NCBI GenBank assembly: GCA_040754355.1 | Contig: JBFMCM010000121.1 | Location: 1 to 32,033, forward strand | Length of the DNA stretch: 32,033 nucleotides | Direction of reading: 5' to 3' | DNA from: Chloroflexota bacterium | GTDB taxonomy: Bacteria > Chloroflexota > Anaerolineae > Anaerolineales > Villigracilaceae | In this document: positions 7,486-15,228 of the stretch, piece by piece | Layout: each line of letters starts with the position of its first letter | Position numbering within the stretch: the first letter of the stretch is position 1 | The notes under the pieces: generated by a model | The model's database searches: none | What the model was told of the DNA's origin: nothing | What the model saw: only the letters and a program-made list of their open reading frames with translations | Translations under genes and position numbers: made by a program

Positions 7486-8274
7486 ATGACACCCAACCAA
7501 TTTACACACCACCCCGAAGTCAACACAGTTTTGGACGCCCTCCTGCCAGAGGTGAAGTCCATCTTGGGGGACCAGTTCATCGGCATGTATTTGCACGGTT
7601 CACTAGCCTACGGCGATTTCGACCCGCGAACCAGCGACATTGATTTCCTGGTTGTCACTCAAGACAGCCTCAGTGCTGAAATCTTTTCTGCCTTGAAAGA
7701 GATGCACGCTCATCTTTTCGCCAGCGGGGGCACGTGGTCGCGAAAACTGGAAGGTGCATACCTGCCAGAAGGTCATTTACGCCGCCATGAACCGGGTCAT
7801 GCTCCCATCCCTTGGCTGGGTTCGGATGGACACTTTGCCTGGGAAAGGCTCGGCAGCGATTGGATCATCCAGCGTTGGATTTTGCGCGAGAAAGGCGTCA
7901 TCGTTGCCGGGCCGCCTTTGGTTGACATGATTGATTCTGTCAGCGCGGCAGACTTGCGCGAGGCTGTGCGTGGCTCCCTGCGTGAGTGGTGGTCACCGCC
8001 GTTCCCTTCGCCCGAACGCTTCCAAAGGGACGGGTACCGGGTCTATGCCGTGCTGACCATGTGCCGGTCGCTGTACGTGCGGGAATTCGGGCGTGTGGCT
8101 TCCAAGCCCGAGGCAGCCCGATGGGCGATACAAATGTTTGACGGACGCTGGGATGACTTGATTTCGAGTGCCGCGACCTGGAGGCCAGGAATTGCTCTCG
8201 ATAATGTGGCCGAAATGCACCAATTTATCCAGTTTACGCTGGAAAAATGGGATTTGCCTTCCCTTCGGGACTGA
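7486..8274 (+). CDS. AadA/ANT(3'')(9)-like nucleotidyltransferase (NTase domain plus DUF4111-like helical domain)
   Basis: The motif GMYLHGSLAYGDFDPRTSDIDFLVV is the G[SG]..D.D NTase signature. The C-terminal part resembles the AadA helical domain (VYAVLTMCRSLY..ASKPEAARWA). ATG 7486 is chosen by N-terminal similarity. No clear SD is present. Confidence 0.75.
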   Translation: MTPNQFTHHPEVNTVLDALLPEVKSILGDQFIGMYLHGSLAYGDFDPRTSDIDFLVVTQDSLSAEIFSALKEMHAHLFASGGTWSRKLEGAYLPEGHLRRHEPGHAPIPWLGSDGHFAWERLGSDWIIQRWILREKGVIVAGPPLVDMIDSVSAADLREAVRGSLREWWSPPFPSPERFQRDGYRVYAVLTMCRSLYVREFGRVASKPEAARWAIQMFDGRWDDLISSAATWRPGIALDNVAEMHQFIQFTLEKWDLPSLRD

Positions 8275-8356
8275 TCCATTGGGCAATTTATGGATAAAAA
8301 TGGTTCAATTTTATGCCTTGCCTTTTTAATCTAAACTGGGTACCATTACGGAAGAT

Positions 8357-9124
8357 ATGTCTATGCAGCCTTCTCCCCGTTCCACGGATTCCGCCGGCGC
8401 TGGCCGTATCGTCCAGGCTGTTTTGAGCATTGCCATCCTGCTGGCGACCCTTTTTACCGCCTTTTCACCGCGCCTGTTCTCGGGCGAGTTCGGTGAGACC
8501 ATCCTGGCATTGATGACGCCGCAGGTGGTCTCTGATTTAGGTGCCCCGGCAGCCGAACAGACCATTCGCATCGGCATCGTCGCCGGTCACTGGGGCAACG
8601 GCGATGACGTGGGCGCGGTCTGTGGGAACGGGGCGACGGAAGTGGATCTCAACTACGATATCGCCCTGCTCGTCCGGCAGGAATTGGAGAAACTCAACTA
8701 CACCGTGGACCTGCTGCAGGAATACGACCCGCGCCTGACCGGTTACCACGCCGCCGCGTTGGTTTCCATCCACAACGACACCTGCGCGGACATGGGCCCC
8801 GATGCCTCCGGTTATAAAGTGGCCGCCGCAACCGGTTCGCGCGACCCCAATCTCTCCGTCCGGCTGGTGGCCTGCCTGGGTTCGCACTATGGAAGCGTTA
8901 CCGGCTTGCCTTTCCATCCGTCCAGCATCACGCGTGATATGACCGAATATCATGCCTTCAACGAAATGGATCCGGCCACCACTTCTGCCATCATCGAGAC
9001 CGGGTTCATGCAACTGGATTATTCCTTCCTCACCGAACACACTGACCTGGTGGCCCAGGGCATCGTGAAAGGCATCGTGTGTTTCGTGGAGAACGAGAGT
9101 ATACCGCCCACTCCTACGCCATGA
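8357..9124 (+). CDS. N-acetylmuramoyl-L-alanine amidase (Amidase_3 family) with an N-terminal TM anchor
   Basis: IRIGIVAGHWGNGDDVGAV...EVDLNYDIALLVRQELEKLNYTV...AALVSIHND...SAIIETGFM matches the Amidase_3 layout. The TM helix is IVQAVLSIAILLATLFTAF. Confidence 0.85.
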   Translation: MSMQPSPRSTDSAGAGRIVQAVLSIAILLATLFTAFSPRLFSGEFGETILALMTPQVVSDLGAPAAEQTIRIGIVAGHWGNGDDVGAVCGNGATEVDLNYDIALLVRQELEKLNYTVDLLQEYDPRLTGYHAAALVSIHNDTCADMGPDASGYKVAAATGSRDPNLSVRLVACLGSHYGSVTGLPFHPSSITRDMTEYHAFNEMDPATTSAIIETGFMQLDYSFLTEHTDLVAQGIVKGIVCFVENESIPPTPTP

Positions 9125-10248
9125 TTCCTGACTCGCCTGCCGTTTATCAGGCTCTCGAGAACGCCCGCCAATCCGTCCAGCGCGGCGACCGTCAGTCTGC
9201 GCGCCGCTGGGCGGAACGCGCCATCTCCCTCGACCCTGATCAGGAGGAGGCCTGGCTTATCCTGGCAGCCGTCGCCAGCCCGCGCGCCAGCGTGGCTTAC
9301 CTGGAACGGGCGCTGCGCATCAATCCGGCCAGCGAACGGGCGCGCCAGGGATTGGCCTGGGCGCGTCAGCGCCTGGGACAGACACAGGCTGACCAGCGGG
9401 CGCTCTCCGACACGCAGCCGCAGCGCAGGGTGGGGAAACGACCGGGCGCGGCAAGCAGGCCCCGGGTCCTGCCGCGCCGCCCTCCCGTGACGGTGGCCCG
9501 GTCCGCGCCGAAGGCTGATCTCCCGCTGTCCAAGTCATTGACGAAATACCGCTGGTCATTCGCCGCCCTGACGCTTGCCCTGCTGTGCGTGGCGGCTGTG
9601 GCGGCTTTCTGGCCAGGGAACGCTGCTCCGGCGCTGACTCTCCTGCGGGGACCGCAACCCACGCAAATCTCCGGCGCGCTCGCCGAAGTGGACAAGCCGA
9701 CCTATACGCCCACCTTTACGGCTACGTTCACGCCGACCGCCACATTTACCAGCACCCCGACCTTTACCCCCACCTTTACGCCCACTGACACTCCCCTGCC
9801 GACCCCAACTCCCATACCGACCGACACGCCCTGGCCGACCAGCACCCCCTTCCAGCCGGTGGCGGAGGAACCCCTCTTATACGATTATGGTTACGGCGTT
9901 CACTGGATTGACGTGGACCTCTCCGAACAGATGGTGTATGCGTATGAAGGCGATACCATCGTGGCCAGCTTCCTGGTCTCCACCGGTGTGGCCGCCTACC
10001 CGACTGTCGTGGGGCAGTTCCACATCTACATGAAATTCGAGTACACCGACATGGCTGGCCCCGGTTATTACCTGCCAGATGTCCCTTATACGATGTATTT
10101 TTATAGGGGCTACGGCTTGCACGGTACATACTGGCACAACAACTTTGGCACGCCGATGAGCCACGGCTGCGTGAACATGTACACTCCCGATGCGCAGTGG
10201 CTGTTCTACTGGGCGCCGATGGGCACCCTGGTGAATGTCCATTACTAA
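9121..10248 (+). CDS. L,D-transpeptidase (YkuD domain) with an N-terminal TPR-like region, a TM helix and a PT-rich linker
   Basis: An ATGA overlap joins it to the amidase stop. The C-terminus has the catalytic motif (GLHGTYWHNNFGTPMSHGCVNM). The PT-rich linker is TYTPTFTATFTPTATFTSTPTFTPTFTPTDTPLPTPTPIPTDTP. Confidence 0.85.
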   Translation: MIPDSPAVYQALENARQSVQRGDRQSARRWAERAISLDPDQEEAWLILAAVASPRASVAYLERALRINPASERARQGLAWARQRLGQTQADQRALSDTQPQRRVGKRPGAASRPRVLPRRPPVTVARSAPKADLPLSKSLTKYRWSFAALTLALLCVAAVAAFWPGNAAPALTLLRGPQPTQISGALAEVDKPTYTPTFTATFTPTATFTSTPTFTPTFTPTDTPLPTPTPIPTDTPWPTSTPFQPVAEEPLLYDYGYGVHWIDVDLSEQMVYAYEGDTIVASFLVSTGVAAYPTVVGQFHIYMKFEYTDMAGPGYYLPDVPYTMYFYRGYGLHGTYWHNNFGTPMSHGCVNMYTPDAQWLFYWAPMGTLVNVHY

Positions 10249-11296
10249 CCCCGAATTGCTTTCGCGGCGCGATTTCCTCAAACTGAGCGGGGCGGCCTTG
10301 CTCAGTATTTTGTTTTCCGACCTGCATCTCGACCAGGTATCTGCCTCGCCGCTGCCCATGCAGGGACGCGTCCTCTACTCCCGCATGAAGGTGCGCGCTT
10401 CCCCGTCCTTCTCCGGGGAGCAGATCGGTTCGCTGTTCTTCGACAACCTCGTCAACATCGTCAAGCAGGTGGCCGGCGGCGTCCCCGAAGACCGCAACCG
10501 CATCTGGTTCCGGCTGGAACAGGGCGGCTATGTCTACTCCGGCGGCATCCAGCCGGTGAAATCCATCCTGAACGAGCCCATGCCGGAGGTCCCGGAAGCG
10601 GGCGTGGTAGGGGAGGTGACTGTCCCGTATGCTGATTCGATGTGGGCCATCAACCGCAGTCCCTATCCTGGGCCGCGCCTCTATTTCGGTTCGACGCACT
10701 GGATTACAGCACTGGTCACCGACCAGCGCGATGGCAGTCTGTGGTACAAATGCTACGATAACCTGTGGCAGTCGCACTACTATACCCGCCCGCAGTGGGT
10801 ACATATTTACTCGGATGCCGACCTGGATCCCCTTACCCCGCACATTCCCAATTATGAAAAGTACATCGAGGTGATTCTCGATGAGCAGATGTTGTACGCT
10901 TTCGAGGAAGAGAGGTTGGTCTATACGGCGACCACTTCCACCGGCCAGCGCAGCTTCGAGACGCCCATCGGCTGGTTCCGCACCTTCCACAAGCGTCCCA
11001 CCTATCACATGACCGGCGGCTACGATGCCGCCTCCATTTTCGACCTGCCCGGCGTGCCGTGGGATTCATACATTACCGATAGTGGGGTTGCCATCCACGG
11101 CACTTATTGGCATAATGACTTCGGCAATCCGCACAGCCATGGCTGTATCAACCTGACGCCGGAGGCCGCCCGTTGGGTCTATCGTTGGACCTTGCCGCCG
11201 GTCCCGCCGGGCGAACGGCTGGTCCTGACCCCCGCCTCCGGGACCCGTGTCCGGGTGCGGCAGACCAGGCTGACCAACTTTTGGAGTGAACCATGA
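10235..11296 (+). CDS. Tat-signal L,D-transpeptidase (YkuD domain)
   Basis: The N-terminus is LSRRDFLKLSGAALLSILF (twin-arginine motif). The C-terminus is VAIHGTYWHNDFGNPHSHGCINL. It overlaps the previous gene by 14 nt. Confidence 0.85.
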   Translation: MSITNPELLSRRDFLKLSGAALLSILFSDLHLDQVSASPLPMQGRVLYSRMKVRASPSFSGEQIGSLFFDNLVNIVKQVAGGVPEDRNRIWFRLEQGGYVYSGGIQPVKSILNEPMPEVPEAGVVGEVTVPYADSMWAINRSPYPGPRLYFGSTHWITALVTDQRDGSLWYKCYDNLWQSHYYTRPQWVHIYSDADLDPLTPHIPNYEKYIEVILDEQMLYAFEEERLVYTATTSTGQRSFETPIGWFRTFHKRPTYHMTGGYDAASIFDLPGVPWDSYITDSGVAIHGTYWHNDFGNPHSHGCINLTPEAARWVYRWTLPPVPPGERLVLTPASGTRVRVRQTRLTNFWSEP

Positions 11297-11874
11297 ACCC
11301 CGCTTTCGAATATGACCGTTACCTGCTCAAGCGCCAGGTCTTTACCCTGACCGGGAAACTGCGCTTCTATAACCCGCAGGAGCAAATGGTGCTCTACGTG
11401 GAACAGAAAATGTTCCGCCTGCGCGAAGACATCCGCGTCTACAACGACGAGAGTAAAAGCCAGGAAGTCCTGCTCATCAAGGCGCGCAGCATCATTGACT
11501 TCAACGCCGCCTACGATGTGCTCGAGCCGGCTTTCAACCAGAAGATCGGCACGTTGCGCCGCAAAGGCTGGCGTTCGATGATGCGCGACGAGTGGGAAGT
11601 GCTGGATGTCAACGATAACCTGATCGGTATGTTGTTCGAAGACAGCGTCGGGCAGGCCATGCTGCGCCGATTCCTGCTCGGCTCGCTCCTGCCCCAGAAT
11701 TACGACATGACCCTGGGCGAAACCCGCGTCGCAGACCTGCGCCAGCGTTTCAACCTGTTCGCCTACCAATTGGACCTCGATTTCAGCATGGACCCCGCCC
11801 GTCGGCTGGACCGTCGTCTCGGCATTGCTGCCGCCACCCTGCTGGCGATCATCGAAGGGAAACAACAGAATTAA
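11293..11874 (+). CDS. LURP-one-related / YxjI-like (Tubby C-terminal-like fold) family protein, tentative
   Basis: An ATGA overlap joins it to the upstream stop. Repeated beta-hairpin-like segments (KRQVFTLTGKLRFYNPQEQMVLYVEQKMFRLREDIRVYNDES) resemble the LOR/scramblase-like family. The assignment is by eye only. Confidence 0.55.
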   Translation: MNPAFEYDRYLLKRQVFTLTGKLRFYNPQEQMVLYVEQKMFRLREDIRVYNDESKSQEVLLIKARSIIDFNAAYDVLEPAFNQKIGTLRRKGWRSMMRDEWEVLDVNDNLIGMLFEDSVGQAMLRRFLLGSLLPQNYDMTLGETRVADLRQRFNLFAYQLDLDFSMDPARRLDRRLGIAAATLLAIIEGKQQN

Positions 11875-11875
11875 T

Positions 11876-12307
11876 ATGCCGCGCCAACCCCTTTTTGCCG
11901 GCCTTGTTGTGGACGAATTCGACCGCCCGGTCGCCGCTGCTTTCGTGGGCGAAGAGCCCTGCTATGTGGTGGACGATGCTGGCTTCAAGCGTCACATCCC
12001 ATCCGAACAGGTGGACCGCCGCGTGCTGGAGATGATGCGCGAGCAAATCAGCGGCAACGAGGACCTGCTTTCCGAGCAGGCTGCCAAGATGCTTGGCACG
12101 GAGGATATTTTTTCCAGGGCCATGCTCGAAAATCAACTCAAGAACATTGATAAACAATTCGAGACACTCCTCCAAACCGGAATTCCTGAAGAGGGACGCG
12201 CCTTCATGGGTATGTCGGGCTTCAAGGTGGTGATCAACATGCACGGCGAGGTCATCCGCCTCGACCAGCCCGCCGCAACCGACGAGGGCGGGAATGGGGA
12301 CGAATAA
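11876..12307 (+). CDS. Hypothetical acidic cytoplasmic protein (143 aa)
   Basis: ATG 11876 lies 2 nt after the upstream stop. The track start at 11825 overlaps the previous gene. It matches no family I recognise and is followed directly by a strong terminator. Confidence 0.6.
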   Translation: MPRQPLFAGLVVDEFDRPVAAAFVGEEPCYVVDDAGFKRHIPSEQVDRRVLEMMREQISGNEDLLSEQAAKMLGTEDIFSRAMLENQLKNIDKQFETLLQTGIPEEGRAFMGMSGFKVVINMHGEVIRLDQPAATDEGGNGDE

Positions 12308-12314
12308 ACTTTCA

Positions 12315-12341
12315 GGGACGGCGAAGAAGCCGTCCCTTTTT
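12315..12341 (+). terminator. Rho-independent terminator of the amidase/LDT operon
   Basis: GGGACGGC (12315-12322), a GAAGAA loop, GCCGTCCC (12329-12336), then TTTTT. Confidence 0.8.
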
Positions 12342-12347
12342 CATCGC

Positions 12348-12740
12348 TTGAAGGAGGCCGCCCGCCGGCTCAAAGTCGAGACCTATGCCCTGTACCTGGC
12401 CTACCGCGACCCGCGCACACCCTGGTATGCCAAGGCCTAGACGTTGTTCGTGGTGGCGCACACCTTCAGCCCGATTGACCTGATCCCCGACTTCATTCCC
12501 ATCCTGGGTTATCTGGACGACCTCGTCATCACGCCATTTGGCATCTGGCTTGCGGTGAGACTGGTCCCTGCCGAAGTGATGGCCGAAGCCCGGAACAACG
12601 CGCAGCAGTTGCCGGGTCCCGACAGCCGCCTCGGGCGGGTGGGGGCAATGATCGTGGTCGTTGTCTGGCTGCTGGTCGCGGCTGGCGTCGGTTTGCTGGT
12701 CTATCGTCTCATCGAATCCAACAGCGGTCAACTCACTTGA
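12348..12740 (+). pseudogene. DUF1232 (YkvA-like) membrane protein gene interrupted by an in-frame TAG at 12438-12440
   Basis: One frame reads (TTG)[64 protein letters not shown]... Family-typical sequence continues on both sides of the stop with no length change. The track ORF 12444..12740 (TTG start) covers only the downstream part. Confidence 0.6.
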
Positions 12741-12821
12741 CTTCCTTTTGCCGCGATTGTATGATGATATAGGAATGTGGATTTTTACAGAAACGCCAAA
12801 CTTGTTTTCGATCGAGACCCC

Positions 12822-13391
12822 ATGACCAACTCTCTCACGCCTGAAGAAAAACAGACCTTGCTGAAATTGGCCCGCCAGTCCATCGCGGCGGCCGTGCGCC
12901 GGGAAGCGCCCCCGGACCTTGACTCTGCCTCCCTGACCTCGAACCTGCTTGCCGAAGGCGCCAGTTTCGTCACGCTGACGAAGCGCGGCGCCCTGCGCGG
13001 CTGCATTGGCGCGTTGGAGCCCTACCAATCCCTGACCGCCGATGTGCGCGAACACGCTGCCGCCGCGGCCCTCGAAGATTACCGCTTCCCTCCAGTGCAG
13101 GAAGCCGAACTGGCTGAAATCCAAATCGAAGTCTCGCGGCTGACCGTCCCCGTGCTGTTGGAATACACTGATGCAGACGACTTGCTTGCCAAACTTCACC
13201 CCGGCATAGACGGCGTCATCCTGCGGGATGGCTGGCAGCGGGCCACCTTCCTGCCGCAGGTCTGGGAGAAAATCCCGGATAAGGCTGAGTTTTTGAGGAA
13301 CCTGTGCTACAAGATGGGAGCAGACCCGGATACCTGGCAAAAGAAACACCTGGAAGTGCTGGTCTACCAGGTGGATGAATTCCATGAATGA
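12822..13391 (+). CDS. AMMECR1 domain protein
   Basis: GASFVTLTKRGALRGCIGALEP...EDYRFPPV...IEVSRLT...GVILRDGWQRATFLPQVWE are AMMECR1 hallmarks. The start is ATG 12822, with GTG 12777 as an alternative. Confidence 0.85.
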   Translation: MTNSLTPEEKQTLLKLARQSIAAAVRREAPPDLDSASLTSNLLAEGASFVTLTKRGALRGCIGALEPYQSLTADVREHAAAAALEDYRFPPVQEAELAEIQIEVSRLTVPVLLEYTDADDLLAKLHPGIDGVILRDGWQRATFLPQVWEKIPDKAEFLRNLCYKMGADPDTWQKKHLEVLVYQVDEFHE

Positions 13392-13405
13392 AAAGGAGCT
13401 CGAAG

Positions 13406-13816
13406 ATGTCAGAAATTATCATCTCCCCTCCTGATGATCAGGCCAAACATTCCAAAATCGGGATCGCCTCATTTGTGCTGGCTCTGCTGGGCTTATTCCT
13501 GTTTTGCACTGCAATGCTGCTTGCCCTGGTTTACGGTGCCTCCCTCGGCTTGAGCAATCCCTCCATCAGCCAGGACCCCTACCAAACGTATCGGTATATT
13601 GATCAAACCTCCCCGGTATTCATCCTCTCAGTCGTCCTTTCCTGTTGTGGGCCGATCCTGAACCTGGTGGGGCTTGGACTGGGGATTGCTGCGGTTGCCC
13701 AGAAAATCGACAAGAAAATATTCGGGATTCTCGGCCTTGTCATCAGCGGCCTGGTCCTGCTGACCTATTGTGGTTTGACTGTCCTGGGACTGGTGATGCA
13801 AATAAGGAGTTATTGA
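13406..13816 (+). CDS. Small polytopic membrane protein (about 4 TM), uncharacterised
   Basis: ATG 13406 lies 7 nt after AAGGAG. Hydrophobic segments include IGIASFVLALLGLFLFCTAMLLALVYG and ILGLVISGLVLLTYCGLTVLGLV. Confidence 0.65.
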   Translation: MSEIIISPPDDQAKHSKIGIASFVLALLGLFLFCTAMLLALVYGASLGLSNPSISQDPYQTYRYIDQTSPVFILSVVLSCCGPILNLVGLGLGIAAVAQKIDKKIFGILGLVISGLVLLTYCGLTVLGLVMQIRSY

Positions 13817-13824
13817 CATTTGAG

Positions 13825-15228
13825 TTACAAGTAGGCCGCGTCGATATCCTGCCAGGACTCTTCCGGCAGGCGCAGGTACTTTGCCAGCAAGGGGTGAATG
13901 CGTCCGATTTCCTCCGCCACGCGCTGCGCCACGCGGCGCATCGAAAAGTGGGCATTCGGCGCGGCGCGTAATCGGCAGAATGCAAATGCCTCCCTTAAAT
14001 TCAACGTAAACAATACCCGCCGGTTGAAGCCATTGGGGACGATATACGCTGCGACCTGCGGATTCCTGCCTGCCAGTTGTTCATATGCTTCTGCCGCCGC
14101 GTCCATAGCCGCCCGGTAGGGGACCTCGAAGCCGGCCTCCGCCACCCGGCGCGGCAGGCTGTACCCAAGCCGCGCTGTCAGCATTTGGGGCGTCTGCGTC
14201 ATCATGCGGTGGCGTTTGAACTCGGCGTAGCCGCCCTGGTCGAGGACCAGGTCGAAGGTGTAGGTGGTATGCTCCAGTTCGCGCAAGGGTGCATCGTGCT
14301 CACCCAGCCGTCCGAGCAGAAGTCCGGCCAATTTTTCCTGCTCCTCCCGTCCCGCCGCGCGGACGGTCTCCAGCGCTTCTGGGTAGCCCATTTCGCTGAA
14401 ACGGTAGAGGGCGGCCGCCAGGATTTTCACTTCTCCATCGGGGTCATGATCAATCAAAGTGCACCAATCCGCCGATTTACGATTGACGATTTTCGATTGA
14501 CAATTTTCAAAATCCGCACGGATGTCGGTTAGGTAAGGAATGGCTTCGGCGTATTTGACCAGGGTCGGCACCTCCGTCTGGGTCACGCGCTTGACCTCCG
14601 CGCCGATCTGCCGTACTTCTTCCAGCGGGTGTGAGAGCATCTTGCTGATCGCGTGTTCGAGGGCGCGGGCATTAGCGGTCATTCCCAGGTTGGCGAGAGC
14701 GGCGGCCGGGAGCAGGAAACGGCAAACATCTACGTACTGCGAGCGGATTCGGCGGTCGTAGGCCTCGTCCGACTCATTTTCCTTTCGTTTCACCTGTGCC
14801 TCTGCCAGGGCCTTGACCGGAGCCAACGACAGCGCATAGGTGTCAAAGAGCAAGCGACAGGTCCGCGCGTAGAGGTCGAGGAGTGGATGTCCGTCCAATT
14901 CGGGAGGGGTGAAGAAGGCATCCGGGTCCCATTTCTGGTAGCGGGTGGATTTCTCGGTGAAGGAGGCCAATCGGTTCGATTCGATGCACTCCACTGCCAG
15001 GCGGGAGACATTCTCGAAGGCGATGTGCAGGACGGCGTGTTCGGCCACCGAGGCGTGCCCGTAGCCGACCACCCACTTCTCGTGGAAGCGTGCGGATTTC
15101 TCGTCGCTGAGTTCCGCGGCAATTTCATGAAAGGATTCGGGTGAGCGGGAGGTCTTGGCGAAGGCGACGGCAATGGTTTCAGGAGAGAGTTGCTTGGGGG
15201 AGAGCAGGTAGATTTGGCGGGAAGGCAT
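13825..15228 (-). CDS. Fused tandem ThyX-like (Thy1 domain) protein, FAD-dependent thymidylate synthase homologue with divergent motifs
   Basis: The N-terminal half has HASVAEHAV..F.NVSRLAVECIESNRLASFTEKSTRY, which aligns to the ThyX signature RHRxxSxxxxSxRY. The second half has YAEFKRHRMMTQ. At 467 aa it is about twice the size of a ThyX monomer. Confidence 0.8.
   Translation of the reverse strand: MPSRQIYLLSPKQLSPETIAVAFAKTSRSPESFHEIAAELSDEKSARFHEKWVVGYGHASVAEHAVLHIAFENVSRLAVECIESNRLASFTEKSTRYQKWDPDAFFTPPELDGHPLLDLYARTCRLLFDTYALSLAPVKALAEAQVKRKENESDEAYDRRIRSQYVDVCRFLLPAAALANLGMTANARALEHAISKMLSHPLEEVRQIGAEVKRVTQTEVPTLVKYAEAIPYLTDIRADFENCQSKIVNRKSADWCTLIDHDPDGEVKILAAALYRFSEMGYPEALETVRAAGREEQEKLAGLLLGRLGEHDAPLRELEHTTYTFDLVLDQGGYAEFKRHRMMTQTPQMLTARLGYSLPRRVAEAGFEVPYRAAMDAAAEAYEQLAGRNPQVAAYIVPNGFNRRVLFTLNLREAFAFCRLRAAPNAHFSMRRVAQRVAEEIGRIHPLLAKYLRLPEESWQDIDAAYL
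14475..14509 (-). repeat. Heptanucleotide tandem array (5 units) inside the ThyX-like coding region
   Basis: The + strand reads ATTTACG ATTGACG ATTTTCG ATTGACA ATTTTCA. On the coding strand this is TGAAAAT TGTCAAT CGAAAAT CGTCAAT CGTAAAT, encoding ENCQSKIVNRKS. It is AT-rich in a GC-rich gene and uses the same unit family as the array at 19893-19934. Confidence 0.8.

Noticed and set aside
9685-9850. A nucleotide-level repeat (ACCTTTACG / CCGACC motifs) in the first L,D-transpeptidase gene. Similar repeats occur at 27585-27660 in phnD.
   Set aside because: The repeats are in frame and encode PT-rich or TEPPA linker peptides. This is ordinary low-complexity linker coding, not an independent DNA element.
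12438-12440. The TAG in the DUF1232 gene as a pyrrolysine or programmed read-through codon.
   Set aside because: No pyl genes or PYLIS-like context are visible, and this protein family has no known recoding. A nonsense mutation or sequencing error is the simpler explanation.
678-13391. AMMECR1 (12822..13391) plus the radical SAM gene (678..1715) as an AmmeMemoRadiSam system.
   Set aside because: The genes are about 11 kb apart in different transcription units and no Memo-like gene is present. The radical SAM here is a SPASM-type maturase, not the activase-like enzyme of that system.
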